From: a bacterium
GTDB lineage: Bacteria > Omnitrophota > Gorgyraeia > Duberdicusellales > 4484-171
Assembly: GCA_021796115.1 (NCBI GenBank)
Contig: JAJYOP010000003.1
Location: forward strand, 7,155 to 71,154
Direction: 5' to 3'
DNA length: 64,000 bases
Shown piece by piece: positions 48,400 to 57,266 of this stretch; position 1 is the first letter of the stretch; each line of letters opens with the position of its first letter. The notes under the pieces were generated by a model. It did no database searches and was not told the origin of the DNA. It saw only the letters and a list, made by a program, of their open reading frames with translations. Position numbers and translations under genes: made by a program.

Positions 48400-48443
48400 G
48401 ATTTGATTTACCTGCCCTCCAATCGGCATAGAGCTTATTTTTC

Positions 48444-48472
48444 TTGAGCCTCCCCTAAATACGTGATAAAAT
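48444..48472 (+). promoter_or_regulatory. candidate promoter for tRNA-Arg
   Basis: TTGAGC, a 17-nt spacer, TAAAAT, about 50 nt upstream of the tRNA. Confidence 0.4.
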
Positions 48473-48523
48473 CTCTTTCCCAGCACTCATTCAAGCTATT
48501 TGCTATAAGCTTTATATTATTCA

Positions 48524-48597
48524 GCGCCCGTAGATCAATTGGATAGATCGTCTGGCTACGGACCAGAAGGCTGCAGGTTCAACTCCTGCCGGGCGCG
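48524..48597 (+). tRNA. tRNA-Arg (ACG)
   Basis: GCGCCCG acceptor, anticodon loop CTACGGA, T-loop TTCAACT, 3' strand CGGGCGC-G. CCA not encoded. Confidence 0.93.
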
Positions 48598-48637
48598 TTA
48601 CTGATTCTTACGAGCAGAGCGAGTTAGAACCAGTTAG

Positions 48638-48692
48638 CCGACGAGGTCGTCAGAATTTTCATAGAAAATTCTGACGTATTTAGCCGAGTCGG
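48638..48692 (+). repeat. nested-hairpin element, K-family copy 2
   Basis: ccgac-GA-ggt c [gtcagaatttt-catag-aaaattctgac] gtattta gcc-GA-gtcgg. Confidence 0.75.
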
Positions 48693-48721
48693 ACATAATA
48701 AACTAATAGCAAAGCGAATTA

Positions 48722-48778
48722 TCCAGCCAAGCTCCCAAAATTTTCTTCGAAAATTTTGGGATATATAGCGAGGCTGGA
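48722..48778 (+). repeat. nested-hairpin element, K-family copy 3
   Basis: tccagcc-AA-gct [cccaaaatttt-cttcg-aaaattttggg] atatat agc-GA-ggctgga. Confidence 0.75.
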
Positions 48779-48803
48779 CTATCTTTCCCCAAGGAGGTGC
48801 CTT

Positions 48804-49289
48804 ATGAAAGCCGTTGTCATCTATTATTCCCGTGGCGGAGTTACGAAAAAAATGGCCGAAATCATCCATGACGAAATAAAAAATAATGGCGTAGATGTCG
48901 ATATATTCCCTGTCGATATAATAACCCCAAAAGAACTTTTAAGTTATGACGCAATAGCCATAGGCTCTCCTACCTATTATGGTATTTTAGCCGCAGAAAT
49001 CAAAAAACTGTTCGATGACAGTGTGTCTTTCCATGGCAAACTTGATGGCAAAGTGGGCATGGCATTTGCTTCTTCGGCGAACATTGCCGGAGGCAACGAG
49101 AGCACAATAATTTCGATATTAGAAGCAATGTTAATACATGGTATGATTATCCAGGGCGATTTTAAGGGCGACCACTATGGTTCGGTTGCTGTAGGCAAGG
49201 TGGACAAAAGGTGTGAAGATAATTGCCGCCGGCAAGCACAAAGGTTTGTTGAACTTTTAAGAAAAATAAAAAGCGAGACGAAATATTGA
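48804..49289 (+). CDS. flavodoxin-like fold protein
   Basis: 161 aa from ATG 48804 (AAGGAGG SD). MKAVVIYYSRGGVTKKMAE, GSPTYYG. Confidence 0.78.
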   Translation: MKAVVIYYSRGGVTKKMAEIIHDEIKNNGVDVDIFPVDIITPKELLSYDAIAIGSPTYYGILAAEIKKLFDDSVSFHGKLDGKVGMAFASSANIAGGNESTIISILEAMLIHGMIIQGDFKGDHYGSVAVGKVDKRCEDNCRRQAQRFVELLRKIKSETKY

Positions 49290-49324
49290 GACTTTCAAAG
49301 CTAGCTATCTAAGCGGAGGAAAAT

Positions 49325-49651
49325 ATGGTAATTGCTGTATTGGTTACAATTCCGGAGAACGATGCAGAAAATCTTGCAAAAATGCTTTTAAGGGAAAGGG
49401 TTTGCGCCTGCGTAAACATCATCAAAGGAGTTCAATCGCTATTTTGGTGGAAGGGTAAGATTGATGAGGCCCAGGAGGTTATATTACTGATAAAAACCAA
49501 AGAGACTTTATTTGCCAAATTAAAAGAACTTATAAAAAATAATCATCCTTACGAGGTACCAGAAATTATCAGTTTTAAAATCGACAATATAAATAAAGAA
49601 TACTTTGATTGGCTGAACAAGGAAGCGAATGCTTTACCATTTTCTTCATAG
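49325..49651 (+). CDS. cutA: divalent-cation tolerance protein CutA
   Basis: 108 aa. ERVCACVNI, LFWWKGKI and HPYEVPEI. Confidence 0.85.
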   Translation: MVIAVLVTIPENDAENLAKMLLRERVCACVNIIKGVQSLFWWKGKIDEAQEVILLIKTKETLFAKLKELIKNNHPYEVPEIISFKIDNINKEYFDWLNKEANALPFSS

Positions 49652-50327
49652 CCTGGAAAGCGCTTTTAGCAGATCTCCATTGCTTGGCCTCCTGACAAGT
49701 TTTCTGGCAGGGGTCCTGGCCAGCCTTTCGCCATGCATACTTCCGCTTGTTCCCATAACTTTAAGCATAGTCGGCGCAACTTCGGTTTCTTCGCACAAGA
49801 GAGGCTTTGCCGTGAGCCTGATTTTTGTTTTAGGTATCGCCACGACTTATACCATTTTCGGTATTCTTGCCGCCCTTCTTAATATATTTGTCGAAAAATT
49901 TTTTGTTAACCCAATCGTTTACCTTCTTTTAATTGCTTTTTTTCTATTAATAGGCCTAGAGACTTTAGGTATAATTAAATTTAATTTCCTTACCTTTGCG
50001 CATAATTATCGCGCTAAGGAAAATTTATTGTCGGTATTTATATTTGGCGCAATAAGCGGATTAGGGATTACGCCATGTAATTTTCCTATTTTAGGCTCGA
50101 TACTTGCGTTAATTTCGCTGCGTAAAGATGTCTATTATGGCGCCATAGCGCTTTTTGTTTTTGCCCTGGGTTATGGGCTGATACTTGTTTTACTTGGGAC
50201 ATTCAGCTCATTGATTGCAAAATTGCCAAAGAGAAGCCGAGGCATTATAATTATGAACAGGATACTTGGAATTATTATGCTTTTTCTGGCAGTTTACTTT
50301 TTTCTAAAATTTATCAAAGTCTTTTAA
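49629..50327 (+). CDS. ccdA: cytochrome c biogenesis / thiol-disulfide transporter CcdA (DsbD core)
   Basis: 232 aa, polytopic. SPCILPLVP and TPCNFPILG Cys motifs. Confidence 0.85.
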   Translation: MLYHFLHSLESAFSRSPLLGLLTSFLAGVLASLSPCILPLVPITLSIVGATSVSSHKRGFAVSLIFVLGIATTYTIFGILAALLNIFVEKFFVNPIVYLLLIAFFLLIGLETLGIIKFNFLTFAHNYRAKENLLSVFIFGAISGLGITPCNFPILGSILALISLRKDVYYGAIALFVFALGYGLILVLLGTFSSLIAKLPKRSRGIIIMNRILGIIMLFLAVYFFLKFIKVF

Positions 50328-50338
50328 GGAGGTTTGTT

Positions 50339-50794
50339 GTGCGAAAAATAATATTGCTAATATTGCTGATTGTCTCAATGTCGATAAGCACCTTTAGCGC
50401 CGATAAAAAATTTGAAAAATATTCTGGCGGTTCCATTACCTATAACGAAATGATTTCATCGCCAAAAGTTGTGCTATTTTTATGGACGACATCATGCCCT
50501 TATTGCCGCGAAGAGCTTAAAAAAATTAATCTTGAGCCTAATATTTCACAATATGCTAAATTTTATTTTGTAGATTTAGGCGAAGAGCGCGCAGATGTCG
50601 GAAGGCTGGCAAAATCCCTTAAGCTTAAAGGCCATATCGTGGAAAATATAATTTTGGATAAGGATATAGATATAGCGGAAAGGTTTTCCGTCGTAGGTGT
50701 CCCCACATTTATATATCTACGCAATGGCAAAATCGTCTCGCAAGGGTATTATTTTGACGAAAGCGCCCTTAAAAATATTTTTGGCAATGAATAA
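50339..50794 (+). CDS. exported thioredoxin-like protein (TlpA/ResA type)
   Basis: 151 aa. GTG start 6 nt after an AAGGAGG SD. Signal peptide. WTTSCPYC active site. Confidence 0.78.
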   Translation: MRKIILLILLIVSMSISTFSADKKFEKYSGGSITYNEMISSPKVVLFLWTTSCPYCREELKKINLEPNISQYAKFYFVDLGEERADVGRLAKSLKLKGHIVENIILDKDIDIAERFSVVGVPTFIYLRNGKIVSQGYYFDESALKNIFGNE

Positions 50795-52772
50795 AGCCTT
50801 ATTCTTGGATTTTTATGAACTTACGATGGCCCAGGGGTATTTTAAGTATAAACGTAATACCTCGGCAACTTTTGACCTCTTTGCGCGGTCTCCCAGGCGC
50901 CCGTTTTACGTTGCTGCGGGGATAGATGAATGCCTTAAATTTATCCACGGATTAAGGTTTGTTAAGGAAGATATCGATTATCTTAAAGAGCTTGCGCTTT
51001 TTGAAGATGAATTTCTTGATTACCTGAAAGATTTCAAATTCCAGGGAGAAATTTGGGCTGTAGAAGAGCCGGAAATAGTCTTTCCTGCGGAACCTATATT
51101 AAGAGTAAGCGGAAACATCATTGAAGCGCAAATCGTCGAAAGCGTTTTGCTTAACAAGATTAATCTTGCCACAACTCTTGCCACCAAGGCTGCGATGGTG
51201 GTTCTCGCGGCTAACAAGCGTGATGTCTATGATTTTTCTTTAAGAAGGACTCAAGGACAAGAGGCTTCTTTGGCGGTTGCAAAATATTCTTATATTACAG
51301 GCGCAAAAGGCACATCAAATGTTCTGGCAGGATTCTTATATAAAATACCGGTTGCCGGGACCATGGCTCATTCTTTTGTCATGTCTTTTGAAAGAGAACT
51401 GGAAAGTTTTCTTGCCTTTAGCGAAAGTTTTCCCGCTAAATCTATTCTTCTTGTTGATACCTATGATACAAGGAGAGGCATACGTTCCGCAGTAAAAACC
51501 GCTATCTTTTTAAAAAAAGAAGGAATAAGCCTTACCGGTATCAGGCTTGACAGCGGAAATCTTCTGGAAGATGCCAAATATGCCCGTGAAGCCTTCGATA
51601 AGGAAGGTTTTGTTGACGCGATAATTGTTGCTTCCGGGAATTTAGATGAATTTAAAATTGCCGAATTAATCAAACAAAAAGCTCCCATAGATGCTTTCGG
51701 GGTCGGCACAAATATGGGTTGTTCTTCGGATACCCCCTATACGGATGTTATCTATAAGCTGGTTGAGGTAAAGGAAGCCGGCAAGGATTTTGTCCCGACC
51801 ATGAAAGTCAGTAAAGCTAAAGCCACCATGCCTTCCCGAAAACAAGTTTTCAGGCAATTTTCCTCAAGCGGCCTGATGCGTAAAGACATCATTGGCGTTT
51901 CTGATGAAAAAATTAAAGGGAACAGGCTTCTTAAGAGAGTTATGGCAGGAGGGCAGCTGCTTTATAAAGAAAAAGATATAAATGAAAAAAGGATGATTTT
52001 TTCAGAAAAAATCAAAAAGCTGCCGTCAGAACTTTTGAAATTAAAAAGCACATATGTGTATCCTGTTGGAACAAGTAGCAATCTTTCGGCGGTTGCCTCA
52101 ACCCTGAAAGAACAGATAACCCGGAGAGTTTCGGAAAAAGAAATCTTTCTTGATATCGATACTCAGTATGATTTTATCTCTAAGGGGGGCGCTTTGTATG
52201 TAAAAGGGGCAGAGAGAATCACTAAAAACCTGAAAACCTTAACCACTCTCGCTGCGAAAAATAATATTTTGATTATTTCTTCGCAAGATACCCATTCAAA
52301 AAATGACCCGGAATTTGAAACTTTTGGCCCGCACTGCATACCCGGCACTGCTTACCATAAGAAAATAAAAGGGACACTCCTGAAAAAAAATAAAATCATC
52401 AAACGCGACAAACTGTATACCGCCGAAGAGCTTAAGTCTTTTACAAAAACTTTTCCGCAGCTTATTTTCGAAAAAAATGTTCTTGATGTTTTTTCTAACC
52501 AGAACTTTCCTTTATTTTTTGAAGCGGTTTTTCCTGATAAAATTTATATCTATGGCGTGGTTACGGAATATTGCGTTAAAGAAGCAATCAGCGGGCTGAT
52601 TAAATACGGATTTTCCGTTTGTTTGGTTACCGATGCCGTAAAAGGAATTTCGCAAAAAGAAAAAGACAAACTTTTTGTGTTTTGGAAGAAAAAAAACGTG
52701 GAGTTTTTGACAACCAGCGAGGCCTGCCGGAGGATAAAAAATAAATATTGCGAAACAGGAGGGAGAAAGTGA
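50787..52772 (+). CDS. pncB: nicotinate phosphoribosyltransferase fused to a nicotinamidase/isochorismatase-family domain
   Basis: 661 aa from ATG 50787 (MNKALFLDFYELTMAQGYF). GTMAHSF. C-terminal about 190 aa carry DIDTQYDF, ISSQDTH and GVVTEYCVK. Confidence 0.85.
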   Translation: MNKALFLDFYELTMAQGYFKYKRNTSATFDLFARSPRRPFYVAAGIDECLKFIHGLRFVKEDIDYLKELALFEDEFLDYLKDFKFQGEIWAVEEPEIVFPAEPILRVSGNIIEAQIVESVLLNKINLATTLATKAAMVVLAANKRDVYDFSLRRTQGQEASLAVAKYSYITGAKGTSNVLAGFLYKIPVAGTMAHSFVMSFERELESFLAFSESFPAKSILLVDTYDTRRGIRSAVKTAIFLKKEGISLTGIRLDSGNLLEDAKYAREAFDKEGFVDAIIVASGNLDEFKIAELIKQKAPIDAFGVGTNMGCSSDTPYTDVIYKLVEVKEAGKDFVPTMKVSKAKATMPSRKQVFRQFSSSGLMRKDIIGVSDEKIKGNRLLKRVMAGGQLLYKEKDINEKRMIFSEKIKKLPSELLKLKSTYVYPVGTSSNLSAVASTLKEQITRRVSEKEIFLDIDTQYDFISKGGALYVKGAERITKNLKTLTTLAAKNNILIISSQDTHSKNDPEFETFGPHCIPGTAYHKKIKGTLLKKNKIIKRDKLYTAEELKSFTKTFPQLIFEKNVLDVFSNQNFPLFFEAVFPDKIYIYGVVTEYCVKEAISGLIKYGFSVCLVTDAVKGISQKEKDKLFVFWKKKNVEFLTTSEACRRIKNKYCETGGRK

Positions 52773-53530
52773 AAAAAACAAACTTGCTCATTATTTTTTT
52801 GCTGACGGTTGTCTTTTTCGGCAATGTTTTTGCCGAGAATAAGACTAAGATAAATAAACGCGATCCCGTGATCGTTGATTACAGCGAGGCAATCAAAATC
52901 GGCCCAAGCTTATGGCAAGATTATTATAAAAGGGCAAGCGAATCTGCAGAGAAAAAAGATTACGAACGCGCTATCGATGATTACACAAAAGCCATCGAAA
53001 TAAATTCAAAAAGTGCCGAAATGTTCAATAACCGAGGCATTGCGTTTAGTAATCTTAATGAATATGACAAGGCGATTGCTGATTATAATAAGGCCTTAGC
53101 GCTTGATCCGTCACTTGAGGAAGCTTATTACAATCGAGGATTTGCCTACGGGAAAAAAGGAAATTATGAAAAAGCTATTCAAGATTACACCAAAGCAATA
53201 GATATAGTTCCTGATGATGAGCTAGCGTATTATAAAAGAGGAAGGGCTCTTGATAAAAGCGGCGAACGCAAAAAAGCGGTCAGCGACTATAACGATACTG
53301 TTTCCGTAGACAGGCGGATGTCGAAGGCCTATTATCACCGTGGCCTTGCTTACAATGAACAGGGAGATAATGATAAGGCGATTAGTGATTATACAAAAGT
53401 AATTGGTCTAGACCCAAAACATCAGGATGCTTATTTGCAGCGCGCTCTTAGCTACGGCAAAAAAGGGCAATACGAGAAATCCTGGGAAGATGTTAAAAGT
53501 GCCATTGAAGTTGGAGCGGCAGAGCATTAA
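52769..53530 (+). CDS. exported TPR-repeat protein
   Basis: 253 aa from GTG 52769 (AGGAGGG SD; GTGA overlap with the upstream stop). Six or seven canonical 34-aa TPR units (AIxDYxKAI). Confidence 0.8.
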   Translation: MKKTNLLIIFLLTVVFFGNVFAENKTKINKRDPVIVDYSEAIKIGPSLWQDYYKRASESAEKKDYERAIDDYTKAIEINSKSAEMFNNRGIAFSNLNEYDKAIADYNKALALDPSLEEAYYNRGFAYGKKGNYEKAIQDYTKAIDIVPDDELAYYKRGRALDKSGERKKAVSDYNDTVSVDRRMSKAYYHRGLAYNEQGDNDKAISDYTKVIGLDPKHQDAYLQRALSYGKKGQYEKSWEDVKSAIEVGAAEH

Positions 53531-53709
53531 TCCCTTTTGCCAGAATTCCACTGGCCTTGTCCGTGCGCGGGTTCCAGGCGTAAATACCGTCAAAAACGTT
53601 TGTTAAAGCCTCTTTTGAAACCTCTTTTTTGTGTAGATTTTTACCCGCCAGAATGATATAATTTATCCTCAAGTTATTTATAATTGCAATCAAAAGCTTT
53701 TGATTTATC

Positions 53710-53782
53710 GGGCCATTAGCTCAGTTGGTAGAGCAGGACACTCTTAATGTCAAGGTCGTAGGTTCAAGTCCTACATGGCCCA
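53710..53782 (+). tRNA. tRNA-Lys (CTT)
   Basis: GGGCCAT acceptor, anticodon loop CTCTTAA, T-loop TTCAAGT, ATGGCCC-A. CCA not encoded. Confidence 0.93.
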
Positions 53783-53791
53783 TGTTTTTAT

Positions 53792-53880
53792 GAGTAGAGA
53801 GTAGAAAGTAGAGAGTAGCGAGACTAAAAAATTACTTGTTTTTCTCATCTTCCTACTTTCTAACCTCTATTCTCTATTTC
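53792..53880. repeat. GAGTAGA heptamer array with inverted array
   Basis: gagtaga gagtaga aagtaga gagtagc on the left. ctcatct tcctact ttctaac ctctatt ctctatt on the right. Stem tagaaagtag / ctactttcta. Confidence 0.75.
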
Positions 53881-53881
53881 T

Positions 53882-54307
53882 ATGAAGAATTGTAAAATCT
53901 TAAGCCATACTGCTGACATACGGGTAGATGTAAACGCAAAAACAATAGAGAAATTATTTATAAATGCAGCTTCATGCCTTTTCGAACTTTTAACCGACGC
54001 AAAAGATAAGCCGAAAACCGTTCGCCAGGTGCAGCTTGAAGCGCAAAGTCTTGAAGATTTGCTTGTCTTTTGGCTAAACGAATTAATTTCTGTCTTTTAC
54101 AGTTTTCAGTTCTTGCCTATTAAATATAAAGTCAAAATTGAGGATTCAGAGGGGGTAAAGGTTCTTACGGCAGAAATAAAAGGAGCTGGCTTTAATCCAT
54201 ATAACAATAAACATATGAAACAGGAAATTAAAGCCGCCACCTATCACGAGCTTAAAATAGAAAAAAATAAAAAAGGATTTGCGGCAGAGATAATATTCGA
54301 TGCTTAG
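53882..54307 (+). CDS. archease
   Basis: 141 aa. SHTADIRV near the N-terminus and KAATYHELKIEK near the C-terminus. Confidence 0.85.
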   Translation: MKNCKILSHTADIRVDVNAKTIEKLFINAASCLFELLTDAKDKPKTVRQVQLEAQSLEDLLVFWLNELISVFYSFQFLPIKYKVKIEDSEGVKVLTAEIKGAGFNPYNNKHMKQEIKAATYHELKIEKNKKGFAAEIIFDA

Positions 54308-54322
54308 GGAGGAGGTGTACGC

Positions 54323-55720
54323 ATGCCTAAAACGATTCTTTTTCTTTTATGTGCTTTTTTTTGTTTGTCTCTCTATGCCCAGGAAAATATTGAACTGACC
54401 GTTTACAACCAGAATTTTGCCCTGGTCAAAGACCAGCGTTATTTAGAACTTAAAAAAGGCATAAATACAATAGATTTCAAAGATGTTGCGGCTTTGATCG
54501 AGCCCACCTCCGTTCATTTTACGTCTCTGACTGCTCCGCAATCCTGCTCTATCCTCGAACAGAATTACGAATACGACCTGATGAATTCCGATAAACTACT
54601 TTCCAAATTCATCGATAAAGATATAAAAGTTACAACTAAAGATGCCAAAACTTACGAAGGAATTTTATCGAGTTACGATAATAACAACATCATTATTTCA
54701 TCTGCCAACGGTTTAAGCATGATAGTGCGCCCCGATAATATTAACCAGATCACTTTCGATAAAATACCGGAAGGCTTAATCACCAAGCCGACACTGGTTT
54801 GGGTCCTGGAAAACGCAAAAGAAGGAAGGCAACTTACGGAAGTTTCCTATCTTACCGGAGGCGTTAATTGGAATTGCGAATACGTTGCAGTTTTGGACAA
54901 GAATGACAGTAATATAAGCCTTGATGGCTGGGTAAGCGTGGATAATAAAAGCGGTGTAACCTACAAAGATGCAAAATTAAAACTTATCGCCGGAGATGTG
55001 AAACGGGCAAAGGAGCCTGTTAACCAGGCTTTCGTCTACGACAGAATGGAATTGACTAAGGCGGGAGCGCCCCAGTTTCAGGAGAAAGCTTTCTTTGAGT
55101 ACCACATGTATACCCTGCAGCGCAAAGCTACTTTAAAAAACAACCAGGTTAAACAGATTGCTTTGTTATCCGCGGTCAATATCCCGGTAAAAAAATTGTT
55201 TATCTATGACCCGGTAGATTATTTTGGCTGGTATTGGTATAACTACGATAATGAGCAGGGCACCAAAGAGCAGAAAGTAAAAGTAAAACTTGAATTCAAA
55301 AACAGCAAACAAAACAATCTGGGTATACCGTTGCCGAAAGGAAAAGTCAAAGTTTACAAAAAGGATAACGACGGAAGCCTGCAATTTGTCGGCGAAGATA
55401 ATATTGACCACACGCCCAAGGACGAAACGCTGCGGCTTTATTTAGGCGACGCCTTCGACGTGGTGGGCGAGCGCAAGCGTACGAATTACCGGACCGGTGA
55501 GCGTTGGGCAGAAGAGAGTTTTGAAATAACTCTTCGCAACCACAAAGATAGCGATATCGAAGTTAATGTTGTTGAGCATATGTGGCGTTATGCGAATTGG
55601 AAAATAATTAATAAGTCGCATGAATTCACTAAGAAAAATGCTCAAACGATTGAGTTTAAGGTTCCTGTCCAAAAGAATCAGGAAACGAAAGTAAATTATA
55701 CTGTAAGGTATTGGTGGTAA
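54323..55720 (+). CDS. exported DUF4139-like protein
   Basis: 465 aa. Signal peptide. LTVYNQNFALVKDQR, PTSVHF, VSYLTGGVNWNCEYV and KLKLIAGDV match the DUF4139 pattern as recalled. Confidence 0.65.
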   Translation: MPKTILFLLCAFFCLSLYAQENIELTVYNQNFALVKDQRYLELKKGINTIDFKDVAALIEPTSVHFTSLTAPQSCSILEQNYEYDLMNSDKLLSKFIDKDIKVTTKDAKTYEGILSSYDNNNIIISSANGLSMIVRPDNINQITFDKIPEGLITKPTLVWVLENAKEGRQLTEVSYLTGGVNWNCEYVAVLDKNDSNISLDGWVSVDNKSGVTYKDAKLKLIAGDVKRAKEPVNQAFVYDRMELTKAGAPQFQEKAFFEYHMYTLQRKATLKNNQVKQIALLSAVNIPVKKLFIYDPVDYFGWYWYNYDNEQGTKEQKVKVKLEFKNSKQNNLGIPLPKGKVKVYKKDNDGSLQFVGEDNIDHTPKDETLRLYLGDAFDVVGERKRTNYRTGERWAEESFEITLRNHKDSDIEVNVVEHMWRYANWKIINKSHEFTKKNAQTIEFKVPVQKNQETKVNYTVRYWW

Positions 55721-55770
55721 GACAACGCAGGACGATTGGCGAAGCGTGAGTGGCGAAAGAGAGAAGTAAG

Positions 55771-57222
55771 ATGGGCGAGATTAAACTTGAAAAGATAAAC
55801 GATTATAAATTCCGTATCCCCAAGGAGTCATGCCCCGGGATGCGCGTGGATGGAATCGTTTATGCTTCGGGAAAACTCCTTCCGGACATAAAAAGAGACA
55901 AAGCTTTAAATCAAGTTACGAATGTTGCATATTTGCCGGGAATTGTGAACTGTTCTTTGGCGATGCCGGATATCCATTGGGGCTATGGTTTTCCTATCGG
56001 AGGCGTGGCAGCTACCGACCCGGAAAACGGCGGAGTTATTTCTCCCGGAGGAGTCGGTTATGATATAAATTGCGGCGTGAGGCTTTTAAAGACAAACCTT
56101 GAAATCGGGGACATCAAAGATAAAATTTCAAAAATTGCCGATGCATTATATAATCATGTTCCTTCCGGTGTTGGGTCTACGGGAGAAGTAAAAGTTTCAC
56201 ATGCTGAGGAAAAGAAGTTGTTAATCGACGGCGCGAAATGGGCTGTGTCACGCGGTTTGGGCGTAAAGGAAGATTTGGAATCATGCGAAGAGAATGGCGC
56301 CATTTTGGACGCTGACCCTGACAGCGTTTCCGAGCGTGCTTATGAAAGGGGAAAGGCGCAATCAGGAACCTTGGGAAGCGGCAATCACTTTCTTGAGGTG
56401 CAGGTAATCGAAGAAGTGTTTGATCAAAAAATTGCAGAAGAATTAGGCATAGCCAAAGGGCAGATTGCAATTATGATTCACTCTGGTTCGCGCGGTTTTG
56501 GCTATCAAGTCTGCGACGATAGCCTGCGCGAAATGGTTAATTGCTTTTCTAAATACGCTATAAGCATTCCCGACCGGCAACTTGCTTGTGCACCGATAGA
56601 AAGCCCCGAAGCAAAGAGATATATCGGAGCCATGCGCGCGGCTGCAAACTATGCCTGGGCTAATCGACAGGTTTTAATGCATTTAGCCCGCGAAAGTTTC
56701 GAAAAAGTTTTTTCTAAAAGCTGGCAATCTTTGGGTATGGATTTAATTTACGATGTCGCACACAATATCGCTAAATTCGAAAAGCATTTTGTCAATGGCA
56801 GGGAGAAAATGCTCTGTGTCCATAGGAAAGGCGCAACGCGCGCTTTCGGACCGGGCAATCCGCAACTGCCGCAAAAATATAAAACCATAGGTCAACCGGT
56901 AATTATTCCGGGAGATATGGGCCGGGCTTCATATTTATTAATCGGTACGAAAAAAGCCGAAGAAGAATCTTTTGCTTCTACCTGCCATGGTGCCGGCAGG
57001 GTGGCTTCGCGGCATGAAGCATTAAAAAGGATAGATTTTGATCAATTAATGAATGAGCTTAAAACCAAAGGCATAGAAGTAAGAGCAATGAGCAAAAAAA
57101 CCATTGTCGAAGAAGCTCCTTCAGTGTATAAGAATATAGATGACGTAATTGAAGTTGTGCATGAAGCAGGCCTTTCCTATAAAGTTTGTAAGATGAGGCC
57201 GCTGTGTGTGGTTAAGGGGTAA
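55771..57222 (+). CDS. rtcB: RNA-splicing ligase RtcB
   Basis: 483 aa from ATG 55771. MPDIHWGYGFPIGG, DINCGVR, HSGSRGFG and CHGAGR. Confidence 0.95.
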   Translation: MGEIKLEKINDYKFRIPKESCPGMRVDGIVYASGKLLPDIKRDKALNQVTNVAYLPGIVNCSLAMPDIHWGYGFPIGGVAATDPENGGVISPGGVGYDINCGVRLLKTNLEIGDIKDKISKIADALYNHVPSGVGSTGEVKVSHAEEKKLLIDGAKWAVSRGLGVKEDLESCEENGAILDADPDSVSERAYERGKAQSGTLGSGNHFLEVQVIEEVFDQKIAEELGIAKGQIAIMIHSGSRGFGYQVCDDSLREMVNCFSKYAISIPDRQLACAPIESPEAKRYIGAMRAAANYAWANRQVLMHLARESFEKVFSKSWQSLGMDLIYDVAHNIAKFEKHFVNGREKMLCVHRKGATRAFGPGNPQLPQKYKTIGQPVIIPGDMGRASYLLIGTKKAEEESFASTCHGAGRVASRHEALKRIDFDQLMNELKTKGIEVRAMSKKTIVEEAPSVYKNIDDVIEVVHEAGLSYKVCKMRPLCVVKG

Positions 57223-57224
57223 TA

Positions 57225-57259
57225 AACCAGTAACCAGAAACCAGAGTACAGAAACCAGA
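57225..57259. repeat. AACCAGA heptamer array (direct)
   Basis: aaccagt aaccaga aaccaga gtacaga aaccaga in phase, leading into the serS SD. Confidence 0.7.
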
Positions 57260-57266
57260 GGAAAAA

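Noticed and set aside
53493-53693. 66-aa minus-strand ORF between the TPR gene and tRNA-Lys
   Set aside because: It overlaps the TPR gene's 3' end, has no SD, and no family is recognised. The region more plausibly contains the tRNA-Lys promoter (gatataat at about 53654-53661). Left uncalled.
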